From Bugula neritina (Eukaryota > Animalia > Bryozoa): a stretch of 64,000 nt of DNA. Positions 37,877 to 50,769 of the stretch are shown here, one piece after another. The position numbers and the translations under genes are program-made. Location of the stretch: assembly GCA_964035545.1 (NCBI GenBank), contig CAXIUT010000263.1, positions 43,936 to 107,935 on the forward strand, read 5' to 3'. The notes beneath the pieces were generated by a model that saw only the letters and a program-made list of their open reading frames with translations, had not been told where the DNA came from and did not search any database. How positions within the stretch are numbered: the first letter of the stretch is position 1; each line of letters starts with the position of its first letter.

Positions 37877-38008
37877 TGTCTGATAATATATTATAAATAT
37901 AAAAGAATATTTTAAGTTCGATCGATGATATATTGATTGTGGTATTGATTGTGTTGTAGTATAATGTTCTGAAATGTCGTAACTTATCATATTATTTTTT
38001 GATTAATT

Positions 38009-38734
38009 ATGCACAAAGAAATAATCATCGACATGAGTGAAGCTTATCCATTCGGGTAACTCAAGGAGCCAGTCTCTTCTGGTACTTCAGTTTCAGTCCG
38101 CAAGGTGCTCCATTTTTCTAGTTCAAAGTAGCAGTAGATGATAAAAAATTTGATTCATTTCCAAAAATCAGCAAAACACTAAAACCTCATCAACTTGAAT
38201 CAAGTCCTAGAAGATGAACAATAATTCCAGCTCTTTTACGAATATGTACCATTTCGATTGGAGAAGTGGGTACTTGATATTAACGAAACCATGGTTTTTG
38301 ATTTAGAGGAGCAGATGTTAGAACTAGCTGAGTACTTATGTCGATCAAGTCTAAGATTCAAGTTTGATGGAGAACTTATAGGTCTCGATCAGTAAATGAG
38401 ACTTAAATATTTTATGGAGGAATTCAGTGTTGATTTTTAAGGATGTGAAAAATATTGTGAAAATATGAAGAAAGATATCAAAAGTTTCTTTAAGTAGTTT
38501 GCAGGACCACTCTACACTTAAAATAAAGAGTAATAAGGGAAAAGGATCGGATCGATTTCAACAAATGGATCAATGTAGCCATCTGAAGAATTTCCATCTT
38601 TGGCCATCTCCAAGAAAGGCGAGAACAAAGAGTAAAAAAGTGAGAAGGCGGAGAAGGTAATGGGATTAACCAATAAGATTTAAAATTCTAAACGTAGATG
38701 TCTGGAGATAATATAAAAATTCAAGAAGAAGTGA
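38009..38734 (+). CDS. degenerate kinase-fold (pseudokinase-like) protein
   Basis: 242 codons. HENLINLNQVLEDEQEFQLFYEYVP resembles kinase subdomains IV-V, but HRD/DFG/APE are absent. Confidence 0.6.
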
Positions 38735-38862
38735 TCTATTTATCTTTCAAATCAAAACATAATATCGCTTCACTAACATATATCTATAAACCTACTAGGA
38801 CATATTTTTATAGATCATAGAGAACATATTTGATATTTAAGTGATATATATTAATTTTATTG

Positions 38863-39520
38863 ATGAGGAAGTGGAAACTATACCCGATGCGTGTACTGAT
38901 TGCTTGATTTAGTTGCCCCAAGACTACCATGGAAAAGTTCCAGCTCCTAGAAAACTTGGAGAGATCGCAAGAGACAGACAAGCTGAACGACTCAATCCAG
39001 AATATGTTCAAACTAGAATTGGGCACTGGCAACTTAAAAAATTAGACGCTGATGTTTAAAGATAACGGAAAGACTACGTCGTTAATTCCACGTATTCGAT
39101 ATATAAGATAGAAAAATTAGCTAGGATTGTCCAGATTGGTTCAAAACTACTTACCATTTCTACTCCCGCAATCATCACGACCAAAGAAACAGAGATAAAA
39201 TACTCAGTCACAGCACTTTCAACAGGGCACAAGATGAACAGTTCAACAAAAGTTTAAAGGATAGCTTCAGTCATACTCAAAAGATCTCTTTTAAGCCATC
39301 TTTTTCAGAAGAGAGCAGGATCAGGCCAGTAGCAAAGGTGTCAGAGAAAGTCAACCAAAGAGAACCAGGACTGACTGGTTCTCGATGGCATGAGATGAGA
39401 GCAGAAGTAACTGGAAAGGTTGGAAGTATATAAACTCGAGATTATTCTATCAGAAAACCTACCTTGAAAATCGGTGCTTAAAGACATAATAACTTTGTTG
39501 ATACATATTCAATTGCTTGA
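38863..39520 (+). CDS. hypothetical basic protein
   Basis: Two 20-nt introns give a 206-codon frame to TGA 39518-39520. Confidence 0.65.
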
Positions 39521-39716
39521 TAATAATAATAGATCTTATTAAAATTTGTTTGATGTTTTATTGTTACAACTAATAATATCTTTGAAACAAATCGATAATG
39601 ATATTTTTGAGAATAGCAAGTTTTTGATTGTGATGATGATAGTTGAGGTTGATCTTATGAGCAGTTAGGACGAGTCGTTTAGAGGACGACTTCAATTTCT
39701 GATTATAAAATTTGAA

Positions 39717-42700
39717 ATGTAGTTCTAACATCAAGCGAAGGCATCTAAAGCTCGTGTGAAGGTGGCGATTCGAGTGCGTCCGATGCTTCCCCGTTAACTA
39801 ACTGATCACTATCACTCATGTCTATCAATTAAATCTTAAAAAGAAATTCAAATCGGTATTGATTCACCAGATCGTCAACGCTAGTACAAATTCGATAGAG
39901 TTTTTAAAGAAGAAAGTTCTCAAAATTAAGTCTATTAACACTGTATTCAAGAACTGGTGTTGAATTGCTTTGAAGGGTACAATGGAGCAGTTCTTGCTTA
40001 TGGACAAACAGGAAGTATTTTGGTACTTATAAAGGTGGCAAAACATATACCATGGGGACAGCTGCTTCAGGATTGACTGAATAGAGCAGACAGGGAATTA
40101 TTCCAAGAGTCATCGACGAGATCTTTTCTGAAATATAGAGTAGAAAAAATAATAGCAATATTACTTAGTTGTACAATGAACAGATAATTGATCTCTTAAG
40201 TGACACACAATTCAAATCAAGGTATGATATATTTGATAAAGAAATTAGAATATAACAATCAAAGAAGATAGGTAGACTGGATTGGTGAGTGTGGAAGGAG
40301 TAGCCAAATAGTTAGTGGGTAGTCCCGAACAAATGCTACGATTGCTATAAAAAGGAGGAGCACATAGAACAACCAAACATACCAATATGAACGATATGAG
40401 CTCTAGATCCCACGCTATCTTTACCATCTATATCGATAGTTAACCGCTTAGTCATTAAAAATAAGATAAACAAGAAGGAATGTCAGGAATCACACATTCC
40501 AGGTTCTTTTTTGCTGATTTGGCAGGATCAGAAAGAGCTAAAAAAACAGGCGCTACTGGAGATACTCTAAAAGAAGGAATCAATATTAATTTAGGTCTTT
40601 TGGAGTTAGGGAACGTTATTTCAGCTTTATCAACTATCGATAAAAACAAAGACCAGTTCATTACTTTTAGGAATTCAAAGTTAACTCGTATTCTTCAAGA
40701 TGTTTTGGGTGGAAATAGCAATACCTACATGATAGCCTGCGTATCTCCAGCTTAATCTAACTGCTAATAATCTTTAAACACTTTGAAATATGCATCAAAA
40801 GCAATGAACATCAAAAATACACCAGTTATCAACCGTAATAAGCAAGACATGTTAAAACAGGAGCTATTGGAATTGAAAGCTTAAAACAGGCGATTGAAGT
40901 TATTGCTATAAGAGAAAGGAGTGAGAGTGGAAGGAGTTGAGTTGGGTAGTCGTGAGGGGTAGTTGTTAAAAGATGAGAACAGGATGTTAACTAGGAGGTA
41001 TAATGATAGTTTGGTTGAGTTACAGAAGACAAAACATCGTTTGAATGAGTTATAGATAGGGATATATGATATAAGGAGATAGAAGGATATCATGCAGTTG
41101 CAGTTTGAGTAGATGATAAAGTAGAATCCAGATTTAGGTGGTCGTTAATTATCAACAGAATTGAAATAAAAATTCAATGAGAATCAACGTGAGCGAGTGC
41201 AGATGTTATAGCGATACTTGCAGCAGATACAACAGCTATAGACCAAAGTAGTAGATCGTGATAACTCCTTTTCACAACTACAATCAGAATATAACTATTT
41301 ACTAGCCAATAGCAAAAAAGATTAACAGATGTTGGTTAAAAAACATAAACTATTATATGAAATAGGTCGCTAGAATAACAAATTAAAACAGGAGTTATCG
41401 CGTTTGTCTAACGGATAGCATGTGCTAACCGAGAGTAATCCTGTTGAAACAGAGTAGTTATAGACTTTTGTGTTTGAAGAGGGGACAGATGAGGTGATGA
41501 GAGAGCAAGAAGAGGATTATAGTAAAAAATAAAAACAAACCAAGGAAGAATTGAGTGCAGTCGATAGATATATTATATAAAAATAATAGTTTTTGTAAAA
41601 AATAAGCAAATAACAAATATCTTTGTAAACTGAAGTAATTAATTCTATGAAAAACTAATATCATCAGAAAATAGGGTTATTATAAAGATAAAGAAAGCAG
41701 TTGGTTCGTCAAAAAGAGTAGAGTAGTATGGTTGAAAAGAATAGATTTGTTACTAAAATTGATACTCTAGAATATTAGTTAAAATAGTATAGGAAAAAAG
41801 CAAAAGAGCAGTTAAAGATGGAAAAACAAGTTTAGAGTCAAAATGGAAAGATTAGAGATCTTGCATAATAGATAAAAAAATTCAAGTTGCAGAAGATGTA
41901 ATTGCATAGGAAGTTGAAATAAGATCGAGATTGTTTTGATAAGATGAAAAGTAAACGAGTGAAATAACTACTTCATGCTAAGAAGTAAAACTTGAAAAAA
42001 GATACTTAGATAAGAAAGGAAAAGCTTAAAACATTCAAAAACTAACAGCTAGTAAAAAGAAAAGATGAGGAGTTGAAAAGAATAAAAAAAGTAAATGAAG
42101 CTTTAAAGAATATAACAAAACCTGGACCTAGACCATCACTCAGTAACAGAAGAGAAATACATTCGCTTCAAGAACAAACTAGTAATTAAAGTAAATTAAC
42201 AGATAAACAACAGGAAGAATTTGTACATAGAATATGTCGACAGATTATGTACTAGATCGATCGATAATAAAATTTATTACATATAAAAGCAAGTGTCAAG
42301 GAAACAGAAGCTTTATTAGTTGCACAACTAGGATAGCTAACTGCTTTTAAAATCAAAAAATAAAGATTATAATTAAAAAAAGAATAAGAACTGTTGAATT
42401 GCTAAGAATAATAAGAGAAAATGAGTTTGTAATTGATAATTAGAGAATTATAGGAAAGTGTTTAAAATTGTTAAGCAAGGATAGACTAGCATCGTCAAAG
42501 TGAGATCATGAAATAGCAAATAGATTATTTTGATATCTAGGCAGCTGTCATTTATAGCAAATTATACGAATCATTGGATGCTTTAAGAGGTTTTATTAAG
42601 GCAGTAATGGTTGTATTGAGATGTTACATGCAGTAGAACTACAAGATGACAGTTCAACATAGGAGTGATTAACGCTAGATGTAGAAATTGAGGTAGAAGT

Positions 42701-44155
42701 TGATGGAATAGCGTTAGAATCTAATGAATATCAATGCTGAGTATTATAGGAGTATGAATCAAATGAGATAATAAAATATGAATAGATTTTATTGCAACTA
42801 ATAGCCTGAGCCAGTTTCTGTTGGGTTGAGAAGGTTAGATTAGCGCTAGAAGAAATAATTGTAACGTAAATTTCAAGATTTAGCAAAAAGTAATCGAAAT
42901 TTGACATCTTAGTTATAAAAAACAAGAAGAAAATGTTAAATTGTTCATGATAAATATCAAAATATAAAAAATTTAGTTAGCAAAGATAAAAATATAGGTC
43001 GACAGTAAGAAGGATCATTCATCAAACAGTAAAAAAAATTATAAAAACAAAATAGTAACAGAATACTGATAGATTAATTAGATGGTATGATATAAAATAT
43101 GGATAGATTGGATAGGTTGAAAAAAGTTAAAAGCCATACTGGATTTTAAGAACAAAGCTAATCAGTTATTTAAAATTAGGGTGGTAAATGGTAATGTATA
43201 TGGAAATTGGATGCTCATAGTAGTGGAGTATTATCTACTGCTGTTCATTCTAACTTCTTGATATCAACTGCGAACAAAAGCATCAAAATATGGGATCTTT
43301 AAAGCACCAAGTTGATAGCCTAGTTGCAAAGTCCAGGACCAGTTAAACAAGTAATGATAGATCCAGAAAGAAGAATATTCATAACTGCTTGCTAAAAAAC
43401 AACTACTATCTGGGATCTGATATCGTTATAGGTTCAAGGAGTACTCAAATGCCATCGAGATTAGGTTAGGGCACTACATGGATCTGGAGACTACTTGTTT
43501 ACTGGTGGAAAAGGTACAGTTAGTGGTGGAAGTCTGCTGATTTGGGATTTGAGAAAACTCAATCCTAATCAAGCTATGTAAGAAAAAGAACGAAGCCAAG
43601 ATATATTTGCATTTGTACTTTTGATATTATTTAGACTTCACTCGACAAAACTTTATACTATGGAACTCGCAACCACAACGTGAGAAGGATGAATATTGGT
43701 ACCTGGGATATTTTAGCACCTTTTGAACCACCGCATCTTGATCTTGTTACATCTTTAGCCATATCTGATGACAAGTTAATCAGTGGTTCTAAAGACAAAA
43801 ACTTGAGGTTATGGACTTTAGATCAAGTAGTTAATAATAACAGGCATACTCTACATGCATTTAATGACTATGTAACCTGTCTCAACAGTACAAGATGATA
43901 TATTTAGGTCCAAACGATAGCAAAGTTATCTACGCAGGTTCTAAAGATGGACAGGTGAAGCCATGTTCAATAAAGAATGATAAAATATAGGTGATGGGTG
44001 GTATTCTAGCTCATACTCAATCAGTCAATTCAATTTGTACGCTTGACGATAACCTCTTCGGATTGATAACAGCCTCTCAAGACAAAACAGTCAAATTATG
44101 GAATCCGAGTAAAGAAAGTTATGAAAAAATGGTTAGAGAAAATGATTTTGAATGA
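39717..44155 (+). CDS. kinesin-4 family motor with coiled coil and C-terminal WD40 repeats (KIF21-like)
   Basis: [23 protein letters not shown] (split by 20-nt intron 40015-40034), [44 protein letters not shown]; WD40 repeats near 43200-44100; TGA 44153-44155. Confidence 0.93.
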
Positions 44156-44222
44156 TATCAATTTTTAATCACCAAATGGTATTAATTTTTAATCACTAAA
44201 TGGTATCAATTTTTAATCATTA
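44156..44222. repeat. 24-bp tandem repeat, ~2.8 copies
   Basis: TATYAATTTTTAATCACYAAATGG starting at the base after the kinesin TGA. Confidence 0.85.
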
Positions 44223-44285
44223 AGTAAAATAAAATACTTATTGAAATCAAAAAGAGTATTTATTTATAGTAATACATGATATCAC

Positions 44286-45141
44286 TCAAAATTTCAATAC
44301 TAGAACACTGATGTTGTCTTTGCTACCGTTCATTTTGGCATATTTGACAAGAGTTGTTGCCATGGCATTGGCATTCTAAAGTGCACGGCAGAGATCAATT
44401 GATTTCTGATCCTCACACACGTCCCATAATCCGTCAGATGCTATCACCAACATCTTAGTTCTTTCTGTTATCTAGAATACATCAATATCTGGAACATTAG
44501 ATACTCCCTCTGATTTTAGCTAGAGATCTCCAAGAGCACGAGAAACAGCTAGTTGTCCAGATACACGACCTTTCACCACAATTCCTCCTTACTTCCTATA
44601 TTCAGATATATTTACTTGATTCTTTATATTTCTGATTGAGCTGTGGGCTTATGATCCACTGAAACTCTTCTGGCATTTCCATCAATACTCAAGACAGCTC
44701 TTGTGTCTCCAAGATTAGCAACATAGCATAACTTTTTCATTCCTTCTTTGCGGATATAGGCTAGGCAACAGGTAGTGCCTGTGTCACTAGCTCCCACCAG
44801 TTTTAGTTGATCATCTGTTTTGCTGAAAACTTTAGGAATGACTGCTTTGATATTATTTTTATCTTTGCTGAGCTCGTCTTCAAAGATCTGGATGGGTCAA
44901 TCATTACATTAGGGATGACAGTTGCGCAATACTAGCTGACTTGACTACCTCCATGTCCATCAAAAACAGCAAAGAGTCCAGATCCGTTATTTTAATAATT
45001 ATCAATGATAATTTTTTCTGAGTAAGGTTAAGATACAATCTTCCATATTTTGTCTGGAGGGTAGTTTTTATCTTCTTGGTATCCGACTTCTTTAACTGAG
45101 ATGGCATTTTTGGAATAGAAAGTTTGCTAGCGACCTTGCAT
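44286..45141 (-). CDS. protein phosphatase 2C (PPM family)
   Basis: RQNMED (needs a 1-nt correction near 45058), LFAVFDGHGG, GTTC, ANLGDTRAVL, DHKP, LAVSRALGD, ASDGLWDV, GSKDNISV; introns of 19, 20 and 20 nt. Confidence 0.93.
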
Positions 45142-45207
45142 CACCAAATTTACAATTATATTTGAATCTAATTTCATCATTAATATATCCTTTCTAATAT
45201 AACTTAC

Positions 45208-45287
45208 GGGGTTGGGGTTGGGGTTGGGGTTGGGGTTGGGGTTGGGGTTGGGGTTGGGGTTGGGGTTGGGGTTGGGGTTGGGGTTGG
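45208..45287 (+). repeat. telomeric (TTGGGG)n tract T4, ~13 units
   Basis: Perfect G4T2 repeats between the divergent PP2C and E2 start codons. Confidence 0.97.
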
Positions 45288-45327
45288 TCATAAAATTAAT
45301 ATCGATTTGCTTGTAATTCTTTATTAA

Positions 45328-45780
45328 ATGAAAAGACTCGAGAAGTAGTTTGGAGTGGTATCAGAGATGAAAGAACAGTAGTTTTTATTGTTATTTAGAG
45401 GGGTTATTCCCAATATCAAGTAGAATCTCTTCCATTGGTAGCTCTTAATACCAGGACCAGTTGGTAGTCCATACGAAGGATGCAAATTTGTCGTTGATTT
45501 CGACTTTCCAGAACAATTTCCTTTCAAATTTCCTCTAATAAAGTTTAGAACACCTATCTATCATCCCAATATCAAAGATGGTTTGATTTGTCAAGAGATG
45601 CTTGGATAGAAATAGTGGTTACCAAATAAAAAGGTGAAATAAATAATTGAGACGATAATGGGAATGATGGCTCATCCGGATGTTAGTAGTGCAATCAATA
45701 TTGAGGCTGCCAATCAAGTAAAAGAGGGCAAGTTCTTTTAGATAGCCAAAGAAAGAGCTATGAAAGATGCTATCAAGTGA
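45328..45780 (+). CDS. ubiquitin-conjugating enzyme E2
   Basis: MKRLEKEF, GPVGSPYEG, FPEQFPFK, TPIYHPNIKDGLIC (catalytic Cys); possible in-frame 21-nt intron; TGA 45778-45780. Confidence 0.92.
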
Positions 45781-45968
45781 TATCTACTTGTAATAATCAA
45801 ATGAGTTGTATTTAATACTATATATTTGATCATTATCTATCTGAAATATTCACTCCTAGAAAGTATTATTTTTCTATCATGTGGAGTATCAGAGATAGTT
45901 TCTATGATATTGTTGATTCAACAAATAAAAATATTTTAATTATATCTTAAATAAAGGATAGATATTGA

Positions 45969-47798
45969 TCAAGTATTCAGATGATTTAAATATCCTACAG
46001 ATATTTCTCTTCTGGAACTTGATCTTAAACGTGTTATCTTCGAACCCTATTGCTATCTCTATTTTAACAAATATTTTGATGACTGAATCTCTCTATATCT
46101 TTTATTTTATATTTCTTAAGGTGTTCTAGACCCAAGTACTTTAAAACTTCCGCTATACTATCTCTTTTTTGATCGAGATGTTGCATTTCTGTATTAATAA
46201 TTAAGATTCTAGCGTTTTTGTAGCTCATTTCTCATAGTTGTAGGATAATTACTATCTTAAAAATGTTATGTTCTAATAACAGTATACTATGGTTCTCTGA
46301 GAGGACTAGTTTAATTTCTAACCAACTTAACATGCAAAGGCACTACCTTTCCATTGACAATTACCTTAGCTGAATTAGATACATCATGATCAGAGCGAGT
46401 AATTGATCCGCTTCGACTTCTACCATGTATTGATGACTATCTATCTATCAATCGATTAGTCCTTTATCTATAGAAAGGATCACTTGATTGTTTTGTGAGG
46501 GTTGTTTTTAGAATCTGTTGAGGTTGTTTATTGACTTGATCTTTATGTTATGAAGGAGATGGCATGAATGAACTAAAATGTGAGAAGGTAGTTTATTGTG
46601 TTATATCTATATTTATTTAAACATTTCTATCCTGCTGAAAATATCTGCTTGTTCCCTATTTTTATTGTCTTGACAGCCTTTACAGCTATTACCTTTATCT
46701 CCTTAGTCTTTACTATCTCTATCTTTACTATCTCTATCTTCTTAACCTTTACTATCTCTATCTTCTTAACCTTTACTATCTCTATCTTCTTAACATCTAC
46801 TATCTCTATCTTCTTAACCTTTACTACCTTTATCTTCTTAACCTTTACTATCTCTATCTTCTTAACATCTACTACCTTTATCTTCTTAATATTAACTACC
46901 TCTATTTCTTTTCTTCTTATTTTTGCAATCTCAATCTTTCTTACCTTTGTTTCTTTTATCTTTATTCTCTTTATCTTCTTTATTTTTGCTATCTTTATCT
47001 TCTTATTCTCTGTTATCTTTATTATTTTTATCTTTTTAATTATCTCTCCCTTTATTCTTGATACTTTGTCTAATGCTTCTATCTTTATTATTGTTATCTT
47101 TTTAACCTAAGTTCTTTTTATTTTTATTATTTTTATATCTTTAGTTTTAATTCTCTTTATTCTTATTCCCTTTCCCTTTTCAATTTTAATTCTTTTTATC
47201 TCTATTCTCTTTATCTTCTTATTTTCTACTCATTCTATCTTTTGATTGTTTATTCTCTTTATCTTCTTATTTTCTACTCATTCTATCTTTTGATTGTTTA
47301 TTCTTTTTCCTTTATTTATTTTTTGATTCTTTCTTATTATTCTTTATCTTTTTTTATTTTGTTTTGTTTTTATTTGATCTCTTTTTGCTTCTTAATTTTG
47401 ATTTATTTTTATTTAAACTAAGATTATTTTCGGATCATATGAAATCCAAATCCTTTATTTTTTTATTAGACTTTTTCTTTGATTGATTCCATTGGAGTTT
47501 CCATTTTTTGAATAGCTCTAACATATCGATAATATTTAATATTAAGAAATCCCCATATTTTTCTTTATAGCAACTTAGTTTATACCTTAACAAACATAGT
47601 ATGTATTTCTTCATCATTGAATATTAAACTATCATATTTTGATACCGTTTTTTAAGATGACTAACTCCAATCAGGAAACAAGATAAACTGTTTAAGTAAC
47701 TGGAAAGAATAGTTTATTCTACGTTATTGTAAAGTTCCTAAAATACCTATCAGTTCTTCAATAGGTGAAGTAGATTGTTTTGGACGGTGCCGACGCAT
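45969..47798 (-). CDS. E/R/K-rich protein with a 24-bp coding repeat (single-alpha-helix-like)
   Basis: 610 codons; the repeat TAG AGA TAG TAA AGG TTA AGA AGA = EREERLRR occurs about 6 times near 46715-46890. Confidence 0.7.
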
Positions 47799-48096
47799 AT
47801 ACTCTTTTTACTAATTTGATATAACAGTAATAAGTTTTAGTCATAAATTACTAAATGCAAAAACATCTTTTCTTAAATAAATAATCAAAGATATAAGAAT
47901 AAATTAGCTAATTAAAAAATTATTTTTATTTATATTATATCACTGGCTTCTTGTATTATCTGAAAGTAAAAAGATAAATCTTAATAAATCTTAATGAATA
48001 TATTTAGTTAATTCTTTTAACTATCTATTTTTCTTCTGTATAATAATATTTTAATATGAGTTTTTTGACTTATCTGTGTATTGATTATTAAATTCC

Positions 48097-49737
48097 ATGG
48101 GTAATTCTTATCCTTAAGCTTGCTAAATAGCTACCAGTACTTATATAGAAAAGCAACTTGATTTGTATCGTTGGCGGCATCACCAACAACCAACAGTTAT
48201 ATTGCTAGAGTTAATTTGATATCGAAAAACATGGTTACTCAAAAGAATCTTCTAGAATAATATTTGCAAAATCAAATCAAAAACAATCAATATATCGATG
48301 TCGGACAACTCAAAATGTTGAGTAAATAGTATAGTGGATTAAAAGATGAAGATTTAATGGTTTTTTAGGATTATTAGTGGAGATTAGAAGAATTAGAAGA
48401 AAAGTTAAGTTTTTAATAAAGTTTGTATTGCTTTTAAATATTGATGAAAGGATATGAATCTATCTTTTTGAAGATGGGACAGATTAACGTTAGCAGCGCA
48501 TGTTGTTTTATAACAAAAAAAGGACAACTCAGAACATGGATAAATCCAAGTCCATTAAAAAATTAACTACCTGAAAATATCTAGCCAATAACCAGCACAC
48601 CTCTTGCTCTTAACCACATCATCAAGTTATGCAGGAGTCTAACCCCATAACGACACAGCTTTTTAACATTTTGACAAACAAGTTGATACCTTTATGATGG
48701 AAAGTATCCTACAAAATGCTTGCTTTAATAAAGTTTTAAAGTATTTTAATAACTATATCTATAAACATCAACTAAAAGTTCCCACCCATCTGAAAAAAAC
48801 TATCAAAAGAATGTAAAAGAGATAGTAGTCAAGACAAAGTTTTAAAAGTTAGAGTAGTATTACTGATTTTAGATAACTACTTGAGCCTTAGAGTTGTTAA
48901 AAAATTAAATAGATAATAACAGGAACTTCTGTTTTTAAACATAAAAAAGAATAAACATCAACTGTAAAGATATTAAATCCAAATGTAAAGAAGGAGACGG
49001 TACCTGTATTGATAAGATCAAATATAAGCAGTTAAAAGAGCAAATAAATATCTCTTCATCAATAAAGTCAGTAGTTAAATATCAATCACAAGAAATCAAT
49101 AATAAAGAAATCCAACAACAACTCTGTTAACTCTTCAATGTTGAGTAAAAAATAACAAAAAGTAGTGATTTCTAACTTTCAAGATTATAGATAATCTGGT
49201 TCAAACAAATAAAACAGATAGACTAAGAATAATTCAATCGATAGATGTTAGTCTCCATTAATGTGTCAATCTAAGATAGTCTAAGAGAGACATTCTCTCC
49301 AAAAGGAAGATATGAAATAGCATAAGTATTAGAGAAGAAGCAAAAACAAGAAGATGTTGACTTTCAAGTAAAATAAATCATCTTTTATGCTTTAAACCTA
49401 AAAAGATAATATATCTATTTCAGCTATCCAACCCAACCAAAAGAAACAAAAAGTAGACCATCTTTTCTAATCATAACTTTTCCAGTCATAATCTCTCAAT
49501 TAGTCTAATCACCATCAATACAAAAGGTCTCCCAAACGATTTAACACTGGTCAAGTCAGTGCACTCCTATCCAATAACGATATCAACATGTTTGAGAGTC
49601 AAGGAAGCTTTCTTTCACACTAGCCTAGCAGCTCTTCATATCAAGGGTAGTTGTTAACTTTGTGCAGAAGTGCTGATATGATATCAATGATGTCGATTCC
49701 TGCTTTGATACGGCTGAGGAGCTCAAGAGGTTCTTGA
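48097..49737 (+). CDS. hypothetical protein with degenerate kinase-like N-terminus and low-complexity tail (model approximate)
   Basis: MGN start; FEDYEWRL...SFEESLYCFEILMKGY...CFITKKGQLRTWINP; several introns not resolved; TGA 49735-49737. Confidence 0.45.
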
Positions 49738-49756
49738 TGGATTATTTTATAATCTT

Positions 49757-50727
49757 CTATTAGTTACTAAATGATTAGCTATTAGTTAGTAAATGATTAG
49801 CTATTAGTTAGTAAATGATTAGCTATTAGTTAGTAAATGATTAGCTATTAGTTAGTAAATGATTAGCTATTAGTTAGTAAATGATTAGCTATTAGTTAGT
49901 AAATGATTAGCTATTAGTTAGTAAATGATTAGCTATTAGTTAGTAAATGATTAGCTATTAGTTAGTAAATGATTAGCTATTAGTTAGTAAATGATTAGCT
50001 ATTAGTTAGTAAATGATTAGCTATTAGTTAGTAAATGATTAGCTATTAGTTACTAAATGATTAGCTATTAGTTAGTAAATGATTAGCTATTAGTTAGGTA
50101 AATGATTAGCTATTAGTTAGTAAATGATTAGCTATTAGTTAGTAAATGATTAGCTATTAGTTAGTAAATGATTAGCTATTAGTTAGTAAATGATTAGCTA
50201 TTAGTTAGTAAATGATTAGCTATTAGTTAGTAAATGATTAGCTATTAGTTACTAAATGATTAGCTATTAGTTAGTAAATGATTAGCTATTAGTTAGTAAA
50301 TGATTAGCTATTAGTTAGTAAATGATTAGCTATTAGTTAGTAAATGATTAGGCTATTAGTTAGTAAATGATTAGCTATTAGTTAGTAAATGATTAGCTAT
50401 TAGTTACTAAATGATTAGCTATTAGTTAGTAAATGATTAGCTATTAGTTAGTAAATGATTAGCTATTAGTTACTAAATGATTAGCTATTAGTTAGTAAAT
50501 GATTAGCTATTAGTTAGTAAATGATTAGCTATTAGTTAGTAAATGATTAGCTATTAGTTAGTAAATGATTAGCTATTAGTTAGTAAATGATTAGCTATTA
50601 GTTAGTAAATGATTAGCTATTAGTTAGGTAAATGATTAGCTATTAGTTACTAAATGATTAGCTATTAGTTAGTAAATGATTAGCTATTAGTTAGTAAATG
50701 ATTAGCTATTAGTTAGTAAATGATTAG
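49757..50727. repeat. 22-bp satellite array, ~44 copies
   Basis: GATTAGCTATTAGTTAGTAAAT head-to-tail; recurrent TTAC variant and a few single-G insertions. Confidence 0.97.
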
Positions 50728-50769
50728 ACCAGTTATAACTTTATTAGTTTTTAGCCAGAACAGCTAACC

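Noticed and set aside
37316-37990. Poly-Phe and poly-Glu ORFs
   Set aside because: They arise from an intergenic (TTC)n microsatellite, with no protein-like flanking sequence in the poly-Glu frame.
40140-40180. Kinesin motor lacks the usual VSFL strand before ELYNE
   Set aside because: Cannot distinguish a real deletion from a local consensus error without reads; not reported as biology.
27429-50727. CRISPR arrays at the 28-bp and 22-bp repeats
   Set aside because: Units are contiguous with no unique spacers, no cas genes are present, and the context is eukaryotic.
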